Origin: Azolla caroliniana
Lineage: Eukaryota > Plantae > Polypodiophyta
NCBI GenBank assembly: GCA_043228905.1
Contig: JBHGNT010000006.1
Coordinates: 6,076,001 to 6,140,000 of the forward strand
DNA length: 64,000 nucleotides
Direction of reading: 5' to 3'
Positions 1 through 13,695 of the stretch are shown here, in pieces; the first letter of the stretch is position 1; every line of letters begins with the position of its first letter. The position numbers and the translations under genes are program-made. The notes under the pieces are model-generated. The model had not been told where the DNA came from. It made no database searches and worked only from the letters and a program-made list of their open reading frames with translations.

Positions 1-770
1 TTTTCTTAAAAGATATTGTATCTTGGAACACCGTGATCGATGGCTTTGTACATAATGGATACAATTGTAGAGCTTTGGAATTATTGGAAAGGTTGGAGAA
101 AGAGAGCATAATGCTTCAACTAGATGAATTTGGGAATGCTTTGTTGACATGTATGCCAAATGTGATGATTTGGAAAAAGCTCGTCTAGTGTTTGATGAAC
201 TTCCTAGTCAAGATTTAGCCTCATGGAATTGGATATGCATGCCAAATGTGGTCAAGTAGAAAAAGCATAGAAAGTGCTCAAGGGGCTTCCGGTTTGGGAT
301 GTGGCTTCTTGGTATGCACTAATTTTAGGATATTATATATGTTTTTATTTGATATGTATGTAAAAAATGGTATCTTAACACAAGCACAAGTAACACAAGC
401 ACAAGAACTGTTTGACAAACATCCAATCCAAAGTGTAGGTTTGTGGATTGTATATATCTGGATATGTTGAACATGAACATGATGATGAAGATTGATTTGT
501 TTCGAGCATATGCAAATTCATGGTATGTCTCATCTATAACTTAATGTGGGCAAATTTCTCTCTGACATATAGATTTTGGCAATACATTAGTAGATATGTA
601 TGCTAAATGTAGGTCACTTGCCGAGCCATAGGTAGTATTTAACATGCTTTCAGTCCAAGAACATGTCTCTTGGAATGCACTGATTGCAAGAGATGTTGAG
701 AATGGGAAATTTGAGGAAGTGCTCAATCAAGTCTATCAAATGAAGGATTCATGGCTAGCCATTGTCTTAC
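1..770 (+). pseudogene. Degraded PLS-class pentatricopeptide repeat (PPR) gene fragment, running off the window start
   Basis: PLS-PPR motifs in shifting frames with stops: KDIVSWNTVIDGFVHNG, GNAL.DMYAKC.DLEKARLVFDELPSQDLASWN, GNTLVDMYAKC, VSWNALIA..VENGKFEEVL. Confidence 0.8.
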
Positions 771-1187
771 ACAAGATGGGCTTGGGAAGGATAATCGCTT
801 CCTTTCCATCTATTTTGTATTTTGTAGCAGATATGTCTTTTAAAACTAATGGAAGGATATGTTTTTTTTGAAAAAAAGAAAAAGAAAAAGAAGAGTTGTG
901 CAAGTAAGTTATCTTCGATTAACTTATCTTTATGGTATTCTTCTTTTCCCTGTATCTCAAAGAGCCACCCCTCCCTTTTCCCAAAGTAATTCAGAAAACT
1001 TTCGTATTCTCAAGGAAATACGTCCCTTCCAGCTCAACTACATAGGTACAAAAGGATTTACCTACGTAGCTTTGTTCAAAAGGATTTTAAGTCAACCCCA
1101 ACCCACTTTCACAACTCTTCTAATTGATACTTGTGAATGGTCATGTTCCCCATGGAAAAACATTGACTATGATCCTATTCATCTATA

Positions 1188-1768
1188 TGTTGGGAAAACA
1201 GGTCCCTCCGGATGGGAAGAGTACGAATAAGATGGGATCAATGGGTAATTCGGCCGCGGTCGAAAACGAAAATAGATTATATAACCGATTCGGGAGACTA
1301 TACTTGTAAATACTCTAAATGTGCCCTATGTGGGCTATATCTATAAATAGCCCAAGAGTTAGATAAGTATAAAGATAACTAGGGCAAACTTTATGTAAGT
1401 GAGTCGAGTTGTCTTGTTCGGAGTGTAGCAGGGAGTAACCGAGTGTTGTGCCTGTGTGTGAGGTCGTTGCCTCCATAGCTAGAAAAGACGAAGTGTGTGA
1501 GTGTGAGTGAGACATTGTAAGTGCCTATGTTGTAACTGCGAGTCGGCGAAGTAAATGAACTCAGGTCGGTGCCCGTGTGTTAGTGTCGTTGTACATCTTT
1601 CTTATAGCAATTTGTTTGGTGTATGTGGCACCCGTGGTTTTTACCCTATTTGGGGTTTTCCACGATATATCTTGTGCACCCCTTTTCGTTGTGTTTTTTC
1701 TTTCGATTCCACTTGATTTCCTATTCCGCATTCGACTTGGTTGTGGCCAAGTTCCTATTTTTCTTACA
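1188..1768 (+). mobile_element. Solo LTR of a Ty1/copia family related to the element at 40484-46019
   Basis: TG...CA ends and 5-bp TSD ctata/ttata (1 mismatch). The 5' end tgttggga...ggtccctccggatggga and the U5 blocks cccgtggttttt..ggttttccacg and ggttgtggcc match the reverse complement of the 40484-41196 LTR. TATA box at ~1341. Confidence 0.85.
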
Positions 1769-3837
1769 TTATATGATGGAGTTTAATACTTATGGATGTT
1801 ATTATGAAGACATAGATTGAGAAGAGCACTCGTGATTGACTTTCTTTCAAGTTTATTTTTATTTTTATTTCCACCACAGTCGATTTATATAAATGTGCAT
1901 CAAATGTTGACATTAGCTTAGGGATGGACCATGGTGAGATGAGTTGAACTCCTCATTTGAGGAGTGTGTTAATGAACTTTGCTCTTCTTGAGCCATTTTT
2001 TTCTTCTAAAAATTTTGGTTCTCACTTGATAAAAAAATTCCTTGATTGAATTGTTTCACATCATGTTTAATTTGTACATAATAAATCTTTTAGAGAGGTG
2101 ACTTTATGCAAGTAGTGGATCATGTTAACACATGAGAGACACCATACATATTATGAAACACTCCACCATCTCCATATAATTGTGTAATATGGTGCTAAGC
2201 ACATAGTTGTAAAAGATGATTCTATATACTTGGGTGTTGATTTATAATATCTTATGTTCCTATGGTATAACCCGTTTCTTTTCTTCATCACTATACTCTA
2301 TTAACATGTTTATTGCTTCGTCAACATTTGTGCCCAAAATAATGAAAACATACCTTAAATGTGTCATCACTTGCACAAACCCCCTAACAAAATATTAAAA
2401 AGAGTGTTGTTAGCATTTTCATCCTATCTGTCTAAATGTCTTCATTATAGATGAAAAATTGTTGAACCTTGTTGCTTTTATTTGTTTTCAGTTCATAGAG
2501 GTTTATACTTTGTCACGTTTCCATGTGTTCACACAACATTAAAGGAAAATAATATGATAGGAGAATCAACATTATGTGCACAAAAGACATCTAAAACCAT
2601 GTCCCTAAGAGATATATAATTTCATATTTGATTGTTGTTTCATAGGAAACACATTTGATCTCCTATGCTTTCAATTATAAATATATGCTAGGCATTGTGG
2701 CAAGATCAATTGCCAGCTTCCTCATTCAATGGATCTCTCTATTCTACCTTCTTTGATCTCTGTGAAATTCGCAATAAGAAACCTTGCTTGAAGAGTGAAC
2801 ATGTAAATACTTAAACTTTTTTGTATTTTAAATTTTGAATCAATTTTGTACATTGTGATCTTAGTAACCAACAATGCAAGAGAAAAAATTTCATTAGTTG
2901 CACAATTGCTAATATTTGGGCCTTGATCTACGTTTTGTAGGTATAACCATAACGAGGATAAACAAATTCTTTTCCCTTAAAAGGGTAATAATTTTTTTTT
3001 TCCAATTTATTATGCCCAAAGTTGGACACGCCACAACCCAAATGTCTTTAGCCATCACGCATGTGCGGAATTTATGTTTTGACATTCACCTTATATTTTT
3101 ATACAAAAACATGTCCTAAGAGAAATTTGTTGGCGTTTAAAGCCACCACAAGAGGCAACACACCCACCATAGCCTACCAAAGAAACACTTTTGCACAAAA
3201 TGGAAAATGAGATTGATATCTTGCATCAAACACTTCAAACTATCATCACATACATGAGTAAATAGACCATGTAAGTGGTACCATCACCATTAATCAAGCT
3301 TCATCTTCGAACAGACTACGATAGAAGTCATTGGTGTGCATTGTGAGTCTCTCCCTCTCCCACTCTCTTCAACTTTTACTATCTTTGGAGATGATAGTAC
3401 AATGTTTAATTGTTAATGCATATGTTGCTCTTGATGAACAAGTGAGGTCACTTTCTATCAATTGGTAATACCCTGGTGGTATGTATAAACAATGTATAAG
3501 AATGTGCTCTCTCTCTCTCTCTCTCTATGGGTGAAAACATGCAATTGTATTAATAAATGTGTGTGAAAAACAATATTTACAATGGGTGTCACAATGGACC
3601 ATGGTCACCCACTACTACACGAGTAGTGGAACATGTTTAAGTGCCAATTGACAAGAAGAACACTCCAATGAGGAAAGAATTTCCTGCTCCAAAAATTGTC
3701 ACATTAGTACCTCCTTCAACTTTCGTAGATATGCTTTGACTGCATGCCTACCATCAAACACAAAAGCATTGTGCATATCCTAACCATGACACAATCCCCA
3801 ATACCTCATAAATAGGAAAACAATTTCCATCTCTAAC

Positions 3838-6800
3838 TTTTTTTTCCCAAAAAAACACTACTTCACTAGTTAGCAAACAAAATACATCATAGACCAACAA
3901 ATTTCAGCAACCCTCACACTAGCCTTCTCACCAAAGTGGTCATAGTCCCCACCTCATTTTCAACAAAAGTATCCCACAACTCCTATAACCTAGTAATTAA
4001 CTTGTACCATATCTATACATATTTACAACACCTGGTCACTAATGGAAGCCATCGGCGGAAACAACCATCGGGGTGCTTGGTAGTTCCATTTAGGCCCTGA
4101 TGATGATCTGCCCACCATAGGAGAATTACCCCATTTCAGTAGGAACTTTGACTGAGCTCTTTCAGTTGCATTAGATTCCCCTTGAATCGAGTCGTACCAT
4201 CCCCGCAAACAAGATACCAGCTCAAACCAGATATTTAACAACACGTCACCGCTAAGGAGCTTTTGCTGTTGAAAAACAAACTTACAACGCCTAGTCCAAA
4301 TATGCCAGACTGATAAACAAGCCACCATCATCCATATCTCTTCAAAAAATTCTGAGTTAGTGCCAAGTCAAACTCCAACACGTTGAAACACCTTGCCACC
4401 CTGGACTATAAATCCATGATCGTGGGGGTTTAACTATTCAGCCCAGCCTTCCCCTATTAACTTCAACCCTTGTAAGGATCCACATACAACTCTCCCATTC
4501 ATACTGCATGCTACCACTATCTTGAGACTTCTACCCCAAATGCTAATAGCCTCTCCGCAATTCCAAAAATAGTGAGGGATTGATTCCAAAGAGTGTCCAC
4601 ATATCTTACAACTAGCCTCACCACCACGACACCTCGACCACTCCCCCACTGGTACCGCTTTATGACTAAGAAGCCACAACCAAAGCTTTATTTTTTCTAG
4701 CATATCGAATGCCCATAGTCTCCTCCAAAACGACTTCAACAAGTCATCATATATGCCTTTATCCCTCCACCTATTGCGAGTTAGAGTAGCACCCATTGAT
4801 TTGGAGCCAATGATTTGCCGTCCTAGCTTAGTACTGTACTTGAAAAACCTTTCCAGTTTGTCCGTTCCCGGTTTTTGCCACCACACCTCTAATGAATCCC
4901 AATCCAAATCACATACGAGCTTGTAGTTAACTATCCATTTCCAGCTTCCCTAGGTCCGGGTTTACTTGCCACTTCTTACCTTCCAACACTTCCACCCACA
5001 CTGCCAACCACTGGCCATTGTCTGACAAAGCACTTAGGTTGCCCCACAAACGATACTCATTAGATGGGCACCTGCCATGGATAATTTGTGCATCACCCTC
5101 ACCTACAAACCACCCAAACCAGGACCCCTCTTCTTCATTCAGCCTAGCTAGACCATCAATGACCTTATCTATCAAAGGGGTCACCTTTTCCAGCCTGCAA
5201 GTAAACCTAGTACTACCAACCAGACCCTCCCTTGTCTTCCTTTTGAAAACCTCCTAGTCTCTTACTGAACTAACATTGTACCCTAGCATTTGCCCCCATG
5301 GCAAGTATTTTTTCTGCCCAAGCATCATACCGTCATCGCTTCTAATCCTAGGGTTCCAAAATAGTGGTTGTCAGAGCTATTCCTCCATCGTTTTTGGCTG
5401 CATTAAGACCAACCCCTCTCTTAAACTTGACCAAGCCCTCATTATGGTGCGGGTCACCCTATCCTCCATGCTAGTCAGTTCTTTTATCTTTAGACTTGGA
5501 CTAAACAACCACCACTTCTTTGCCTTCCAAGGGCCGCCATTCCTTGGATACCAGAGTTCAGCTCTGTCCCTAAGAAGCAACTTCCACAATTCTGGTCCAG
5601 GTTGGAAACTTCGCACCAGGAGCTTACCGAGTAAAGCCTTACTTTGGTGAATCAGATTCACCAGCCCAAGTCCACCCTAATTTTTGGCCTTGATCAAACA
5701 ACTACAGGCCACTTTAACTAACACTGTCTCATGGTCTCTACCCGACCAAAGGAACCCTCTCACCATGGTCTTAATGTTTTTGATGCAATCTTTGTCTAAC
5801 ATCCAGCATACCAACGAGTGCCACATGGTGGCCAACAAAATGTGGTTTACCACAACTACTGTACCTGCAAGGGAAAGCTTTACTGATGCCCATAACCGAA
5901 GCTTTTTTCTGATTTTGTCAAGTTCACTTGCCCAAGTTGCTGATTTTTCTAAATCTCAACTCCCACCAAAAAGGCCAAATATTTAACAGCCATTCCATTA
6001 GGGACCCATTAAAAATCAGCATTAGGGCGCCAAAGCGGCCTTGGGTTTGGACTTACCCAAAAACCTCTACTTTTGTTCCAATTAATTTTCCAACCTGATG
6101 GTTTACAAAACAACTCAATCCGTTTTTTGGCATGCTGTAAATTAGCATCATTGCCTTACAGATAGAGCATAGTGTCACTTGCATACATGGAGTCCAACAA
6201 GTCCTTGCAGGCATGTGGGACAACTAATTCCCGTATTCCTGCATCTGGTGTATTTAAAAAGAATGAGAATGCCTTTGAAATAAATAAATAAAGATAGGGG
6301 GCCAACAGGCATCCCTGCCTTACAGACCTGCATAATGGAATTGATGGGCCCCACTGCCCTAACATCAACACCCTACTCAAGCTTCCTTTGTAAAGGGCCA
6401 ACATAGTTGATATTCGTTTTGAGGGTAGGCCCAACTGCTCCATGACTTCGTCTAAAAAAGGCCATTGTACTATGTCATATGCCTTCTCGAAGTTAAGCAT
6501 GAGACATGAAATATGTTGATTGGTTTTCTTTGCCAAGGCAATCGCCTCCCCAAAGGTCAACACATGATCAATTATGCATCTATTTTCCATGAATCCTGTT
6601 TGTCCAACATTAAATAGCGCATGCAAGTGGGGTTTGACCCTCTTGGCCAGAATATTAGCAAAAATCTTACAAATTGTGTTGAGCAACGTAATCGGTCTCC
6701 ATTGCCTCACATCCATTAGTATACCATGTACCTTAGGAATTAGAAATATCAGCCCCTCTTTAAAATGCTCAGGTAAGCACCCAACATCACATGACTCATT

Positions 6801-9540
6801 TAGACCAACAACTAAGTCAACCTTAACATCTCCTCTTCCAAGAGTGGCCTTGACAACTTAGCTTGTGCAACCTCTGAAATTCTTGGTTGCATTCCCTCCA
6901 GTGCAAGTTTTGCTAGTGAAGGTTGGCCGGGGAGAATATAACTATATGAGAGTAGCCCACTATAGTGAGTTGTGATTGCCTCCATGATCTCTGATACATC
7001 CTCTGACAATGAACCATCCTCCTTAATCAGCTTAGGATTGTAGCTACCGTTTGTTCTCGGTTTTTTATACTTAAAAAATTGTTGGTTCACCTTGTCCCCA
7101 TTCATGCTCCACCATGTTGCTGAACTCCTGAATACCATTTTATCTCTAGACACAATCAACCGATGTAGTGTTTCTTTAGCAACCTCAAGACCTGATCTCA
7201 ACCATTGACACTTTGGATTATTTTCCCATATACTCCTTATCTTCCTTCCCACCTCTGCATCCTCAAAAAGTTTATTGCTAATCCTCAAGTTGCAATCCCT
7301 ATTTTTCCTCCTCTGATTGACTAACGCAATCTTAACCGGCATAGGACCTCGGGTGTACATGCTACTACCTCTTCAACAATAGTTTAGCTTGTATCATGTG
7401 CAAGGTCCTCCTCTTCTTGCAACACTTCAACACGATTTCTCAAATCTACAGGAGATTTATCTGTGTTTACTTCTCGTTGCAAGCCATTTTTGTGTCCCAA
7501 AACACAAGTCCAGCCATTTGCACTAGTGTTCGCCTTCTCAGCCCCATTGAGGGTACTTGATCTTGTCACCCTTGTTGTCTCTTGCTTAGCTAACGGCCTC
7601 GTAACATTCTCCCCCCTTACATTACTATTAATCTTCCTTGGACATTCCTTAGCAATGTGGCCATTTTTTTTTACAATAGAAACATTGGCCAGGTAGACCC
7701 TCATATTCCACTTCCACATCTATCAATCTTGCCTCCACATCATGCACCCTAATTATAGAGGGGAGTGTGGACAAACTTTACACAAGCACCCTAATCTTAG
7801 GAGAGTCTCTGATTTTGTCTACCATGGTTGCCTTTGAAGGACAAACTGTGCCAATCTTCTCCCCAATATTTTGCATCAAAGGATATAAGTGTTGTGGCAG
7901 ATTAGAAAATACCATATATATCACCATGGGATTACCTAACAATCGACAACGGTTCGGTTTGAACTGAACCAAACCCCGGCTTAACGGCTTCAACGGTTCA
8001 GTTCGGTTCAATTCAAGTTTGGGTTTTTTTAACAGTTCGGTTTGGTTTCAACAATCAAAAACCATGGTTCAACGTTTTTTTATTTTTTATTACTTTTTAA
8101 AAGAAATTCAAAATTTTAATTTTAATTTTTTAAACAATCTTTTCATTTTTAGACCTTATTCTCACATTTAGGAACATCTTTAAAATTTGACCTAAGTTGA
8201 AAACCGAAACCGAACCACGAAACCACGGTTTTTACGGTTTAATGGTTTGAAAAATTTTCAACGGTTCGGTTCAATTCAGGTTTCAAAAAATTTAAACAGT
8301 TCGGTTTGGACCCTCTCAAACCAAACCGTTGCCGATTGTTAGGATTACCAATTTTCTTAGCCTCATCCATAACATTGAAATTAGCATGCCACTCCAACAA
8401 AAGAGCTCTTCCATATTTGAGCTCTACACATTTCATATTGATAATTTGTGATACATCACTCCCTTTGACCACTTCAATGTGAAAGACATTTCGTCCCATA
8501 TTATTCGCATTCTTTATCTATGGGACATTATCCATTAAAGTTACCTGTAGCATGTCACAAACCATACCTCTATTAGGCCTACCACCAAGTAGCTTACAAA
8601 TGAACGAACACTTCTTTAATATTTTGATCTCGACATTTAGGATTGCATCCAATACCTCAAAAGCCTCCATCATTTTCAAATCCTTATCATGATCTCCTCT
8701 CAGGTATGCATTATGTGCCTGACCACATTCTTGCAAAAGATTTTCCACTTGCAACGTGTACTCTGTGGCCTCCCTCTCCACAATAGCCAGCCCTTGAGGT
8801 GACCCTCCCTGTGGTCCCTGCTGCCGCTCTTCTACTCCCTCTCCGTCCATATGCCATAATGCAAGGTTGGAATGACCTCCCCCAACTTCTTACTTCCGGA
8901 CATCTACTTTCCAAACATCTGATTCTCCCCACACTTGCGAATCCTCACTGCCATCAACTGTGAAGATGGTTGCGGCCGTATTGCTGGCGGGAGCCCTAAT
9001 CTCCTTTTCCATCCATCCCCTCTTAGCTATCATATGCGGCAATTCCTTACATATCCTATACACTCCTCCGTTAATATGTTTCCCTACGTCTTTCCATGCG
9101 TCACTTGCTTCCTTGTGTTCCAAAATCCCAACTTGTTGCTTCTCCCGATCCTTAATCATCCTTTGTAGTGCATACCTTGACTCCACCCACCGCACGGCCG
9201 ACACCCTTGCCGCCGATACTTTAATTGATGCCATTGATGCTTTACTACCCTCAGATGGTTCCTTTGCCAACATGTTCTTTTGTAGCCCGTTGCCCTTTGT
9301 CTCCCTTGCCCTCTAATGCCCTACTAGTAACCTTACACCCTAATCAAAGAGATGTACCTAACACTTTAGGAGTAGGGAAACTTAGCAATGATGTGGTTCA
9401 TAAGAGGTGCTCTGTGTAGCCGTAAACCACTCCATCGCTTCCTGTGACATTCATTCACATTAAGAAAAAGGAATAAGCCGCGTTCGGGGCCCTCCCTGCA
9501 ACCCTAAACCCCGCTATCACTTAGATGCAAGTTGTGTTTT
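3838..9540 (-). mobile_element. Degraded long L1-clade LINE (ORF1 with zinc-knuckle remnant; ORF2 RT and C-terminal zinc finger; endonuclease domain largely missing)
   Basis: ORF 6156-6716 has L1 RT motifs WRPITLLN..CKI, GQTGF, NFEKAYD, SVRQGC.LAPYL and YASD (degenerate YADD). ORF 4434-4907 has a zf-RVT-like KIKLWLW..CKIC...ESIPH. ORF1 pieces at 7384-9273 (GHIAKECP). Poly(A) at 3838-3845. Many frameshifts. The 5' boundary is approximate. Confidence 0.85.
7937..8341. mobile_element. Non-autonomous hAT-type MITE inserted in LINE ORF1
   Basis: ~26-bp TIRs (taacaatcgacaacggttcggtttga / tcaaaccaaaccgttgccgattgtta), perfect 8-bp TSD ggattacc (7929-7936, 8342-8349), and many subterminal AACCG/CGGTT motifs. 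Removing it restores the ORF1 reading ...KKIGNPMV... Confidence 0.9.
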
Positions 9541-9599
9541 TCTTCGAAATGTCACATTCTTAATTTACCTTGGATCTAACTTCTTTCACAATACAACTT

Positions 9600-10810
9600 G
9601 CATTTCTAATTTTGGGTCGACCTGCGATAAAACTTGCTAAATTTGAGAATTTTAACTCCAAGTTTGAAATCAATCAACCTTTGTATGAAACAATGAGTAC
9701 TATCTTCCATTTGAACAATGCAAAAAAAGCAATTGCCTATCACTATTCCATGTTGCTTTAGAGGTAATCCCAAAGGTAGGCAAAGCACCAATCAAAACTT
9801 TTCAAATGAAGAGCTTTGCTAATGGCAATTTAGAATGCCAACTACGTTTTAAGTCTGCTACCATCCATGATCAAAGTTACGTATTTTCCATTCTTGTTCA
9901 GCCTTAGATGACATCCATTGAAGAGACTCAATGGAACAATGATACAAGAGATTAACAATCACTTGTAAAAACGATGTCTAACCTTATAAACACCAATCAA
10001 TCCATTGTTGCTCTTTTGTTTGTAAAGGTAAAGGACCTTGCATCAATACAATATTTCGTAGTGACTGTTGCCAAAATCCATAATTGGGTAGTACGTGTAA
10101 TAATTGGCGGGCTTCAATAAACTCCAAAATTCTTTGAGATGGAGCATCAACTCTATCTCCAACCTCTTTGAACCCCAAATGAAACAAGTGATTAAACTGC
10201 GAGCACAATCTCTCCTTTCCAGGCCAACATAAAACCTAGAAGACACAAATAACTCTACTAAATTATGGGTTCCATACAAATAATGCGAGAGCTTTTCTTT
10301 CCATGAGACAACGAAGTGTTGAACACATGAAGAGCACGGAATCCTAAGTGAAATGCATCCATTTAATAATTACCACCATGAAGCCTTAATCGTTGTTCTC
10401 CCATATGTTAAACCCTTTCTCTCAAAGAAATATTGAATAATAGATATCTATGGTTGTGAGTTTGAACACATGTCTTGTAATAATGAAAATCTGCAAGCCA
10501 TCATATGTATGGTAAGTCCAATATTACAGCTTCCCCCAAGCACTTAGGGGTTGTTAGATGATTCCACACAACCCATGTGATTCCCGTCTTATCCCTCTTC
10601 CTCCACAAATATTGAAGAGGTTGCAAAATTGAATGCAAAACCTTCTTTGTCCATGGCAACAATGGCAAGTAAAATAATATCGTGGGTTCTATAATATATT
10701 GTACAACCTTCAAGCATACATGGAATGGCCAAGATTGCGACTTCCAATACATAAACTTATCCCTTAACTTACTAGAAATCCATTCAATTAATTGACAATT
10801 CGTAACTTTC
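9600..10810 (-). mobile_element. Degraded L1-type LINE ORF2 3' fragment (second family)
   Basis: Post-RT L1-like sequence in ORF 10501-11139 (KLRDKFMYWK..WPFHVCLKVVQ..TWVVWNHLTTPKCLG) and a zf-RVT remnant CFFC..MEDSTHCF near 9700. Boundaries approximate. Confidence 0.65.
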
Positions 10811-12086
10811 ATTGCCAAGTTTGTAAAAGAAGAAGGTTTTGAAGAAGTTAGTATTGGGAATATCGATATCATGCTTTTATTATATGCAGATGTTGTAGTG
10901 TTTTTTGCAAATACTTTATGAGATCCACAAAAACTTATGAAGGTATTGGAAAATTTTTGCATGCATACTAAATTAAGTGTCAATAACTCGAAAAAAAATT
11001 TATACTTCTGAAGTGCCAAAAAAAAGATCAACCATGTATTATGTACAATAATGAACCATTTGAATGTGTAGAAAGCTTCAAATATCTTGGGCTTGAAGTT
11101 CCTCCAAATCATAGATAGACCAAATGTGCTACACACCACTTATAGGTGGGAAAGAGAGCATATTATGCATTTCAGAAAACATGCAAAAATAGAGATATTA
11201 AGTGTTGGGCCCTCAATAAATACATTTTCGACACTAGTGCTTCTCTACAGTGATAACATCCCTAAATCTACTTGGCAAGAGTTTGAAAATGTCCAAAAAC
11301 ATTTTCGTACAAAGTTTCTTCAAGTTAAGAAACAAATGCCATATACCCTCCTCCTTGAGACGGGATCCCTTCCCATTGAGATCATGGCCATGGAAAGGGT
11401 TGTTGAATATATACTTAACATTAAAAAAAGCTCTTCATATCGACTTTCTAGAATAACATGGGGTCCAAGCAAAAGATCCAAAAGACAAATAAAAGCAAAT
11501 TTTTGTGTTATGGTTGGATGCAAGATATGGAAAAACGGTTTGGTAGATGGGATGCAACACTCTTGCTTCATGCTGCATCACTAGTTTCCTCTGTAAATGA
11601 GGCTGTTTTGTAACATCAATGTATCATTACATAGGACAAAGGTGGAGGCTCACGCTTCACACATTATACTACTACATATGTTGCACCTAACTACAAACAC
11701 CATATTCTTTGCAAAATAGGGAAGTTGTACACATTGATACAAGTTAGAGACCATCCCGTTGTCTGCCATTCGAACCATTGCTTCCATGTGGCTTAGCTCA
11801 CATGCATTGCGATGTCAAACGGGGCATTGGGGCACGATTGATGAGAGTGACCGACTATGCATACTTTGCCCTAAACAAGTTCAAGAGTTTGAGTATCACA
11901 CTTCGATGCAATGTTCTGCTTTAGATAATATTTGACCATCGCTCACAACCACAATGTGCACTCTCGATTCCAACATTCATTGGTAAAGCTCTTGAACGTT
12001 GAGAGTCGCTAATCACTTTCACATGTATCACGTGAAATGTAATATTTTTGGTCTCATGGGTCATAATTGATGTTCGAAGATGATAA
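10811..12086 (+). mobile_element. 5'-truncated RTE-like LINE fragment (RT C-terminal part plus Cys/His finger)
   Basis: IMLLLYADVVVF (YADD region), FKYLGL, LLETGSLPIE and RLCILCPKQV.EFEYH motifs with frameshifts. An (ATCT)n tract, possibly its 3' tail, resumes at ~13195 on the far side of the MULE insertion. Confidence 0.7.
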
Positions 12087-12095
12087 TGGAATCTA

Positions 12096-13190
12096 GGGAA
12101 AAGTACTAGGATACCCCTGGAAAGTTCGTCTATTTACCAGAATGCCCCTGGAAGTTCCAAATTTACCAAACTACCCCTATGTCCAAAAAAATACACTTTA
12201 TAAAGTAATTATACATTGGAATCCGCAAGCCCTATTTACCAGAACACCCTTAAACCTAAACTTATTTACCATAATGCCATTATATACCTATTTTGACCAA
12301 TTTATACCACTTTTATTTTTCAAAATACATCATAAATCAAACTAAATTATCAAAATTAAATTATATATAAAAAATTTCAATTGAAAGGTCACCTTAAAAT
12401 CCACTTCTATGAATTTACACTGAGTTATACTGGTTTAATCCCATAAAACCAAAATTTGTGATTGAAGTGACCAAAATTTAATCTTAAAACCAAAACATTT
12501 GATCGCACACCAAATTTTACCATTGGGATGCCATTTTGAAGCCAAAATCCATGAATTTGCGGATTCACAAACAATTTTGATAACATGTAATTATTACATT
12601 TCAATAATTAATTTTGGTTTGCGAGTGTAAAATCATGAAATTCGGTTTAAGATGGCATTTTAATAGCAAAATGTTATGTGAGATTTCGTTTAAAATGACA
12701 TTTTGGCCACAAATTGTTTGTGAATTCGCAAATTCATGGAATTTGGCTTCAAAATGGCATCCCAATGGTAAAATTTGGTGTGCGATCAAATGTTTTGGTT
12801 TTAAGATTAAATTTTGGTCACTTCAATCACAAATTTGGTTTTATGGGATTAAGCTAGTATAACTCGATGTAAATTCATAGAATTTGATTTTAAGGTGACC
12901 TTTCAATTGAATTTTTTTATATATAATTTAATTTTGATAATTTAGTTTGATTTATGATGTATTTTGAAAAATAAAAGTGGTATAAATAGGTCAAAATAGA
13001 TATATAGTGGCATTATGGTAAATAAGTTTAGGTTTAAGGGTATTCTGGTAAATAGGGCTTGTAGATTTGAGTGTATAATTACTTTATAAAGTGTATTTTT
13101 TTGGACATAGGGATAGTTTAGTAAATTTGGAATTTCCAGGGGCATTCTGGTAAATAGACGAACTCCCAGGGGTATCCTGGTACTTTTCCT
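12096..13190. mobile_element. Mutator-like (MULE) non-autonomous foldback element with ~480-bp TIRs
   Basis: Arms ~12096-12576 and ~12711-13190 are near-identical inverted repeats (mirror ORFs 12142+ and 13145-). Termini gggaaaagtac.../...gtacttttcct. 9-bp TSD tggaatcta/tagaatcta. Confidence 0.9.
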
Positions 13191-13379
13191 TAGAATCTAT
13201 CTATCTATCTCTCCATGCGGCCCCGTCCGTCTCATAGATCACAATCAGTTCTCCATTAGACGTTAAAAAGATATGTGTGTGTGTGTGTGTTATTAATAAT
13301 ACAAAAGACACATCACACAATTAAAGCCTTTGAAGTGTTTGAAGGTCTGTTATTTTGGAACAAACAAAACTTTTACTTG

Positions 13380-13632
13380 ATGGATCGCTTGGATTGGTTG
13401 GAATGCCAGCCATGGCTTCTCGCATGGGAAACACAGTCTCCAGAAGTAATAGACTGGCTCTTCCATGGCTTTGCCTCCTTCTTTGTCTCTGCTCCGACCA
13501 GAAACCAAGAACTTGACACAGAAGACGCCCATGCCGATCAAGCAGCAGGTCATCTCTCAGAAGATGTGTCTCACCTCTTCTTCGCTGCTCTGTCATCTCC
13601 TCTCGATCCCGCTCAAATGGTAAAGCATCGAA

Positions 13633-13695
<63 letters not shown>

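Noticed and set aside
10501-11139. 212-aa ORF as a gene
   Set aside because: Chimera spanning the antisense of an RTE-like fragment and an L1 fragment
12142-13145. Two near-identical 67-aa ORFs on opposite strands
   Set aside because: Mirror images produced by the MULE TIRs; no coding signature
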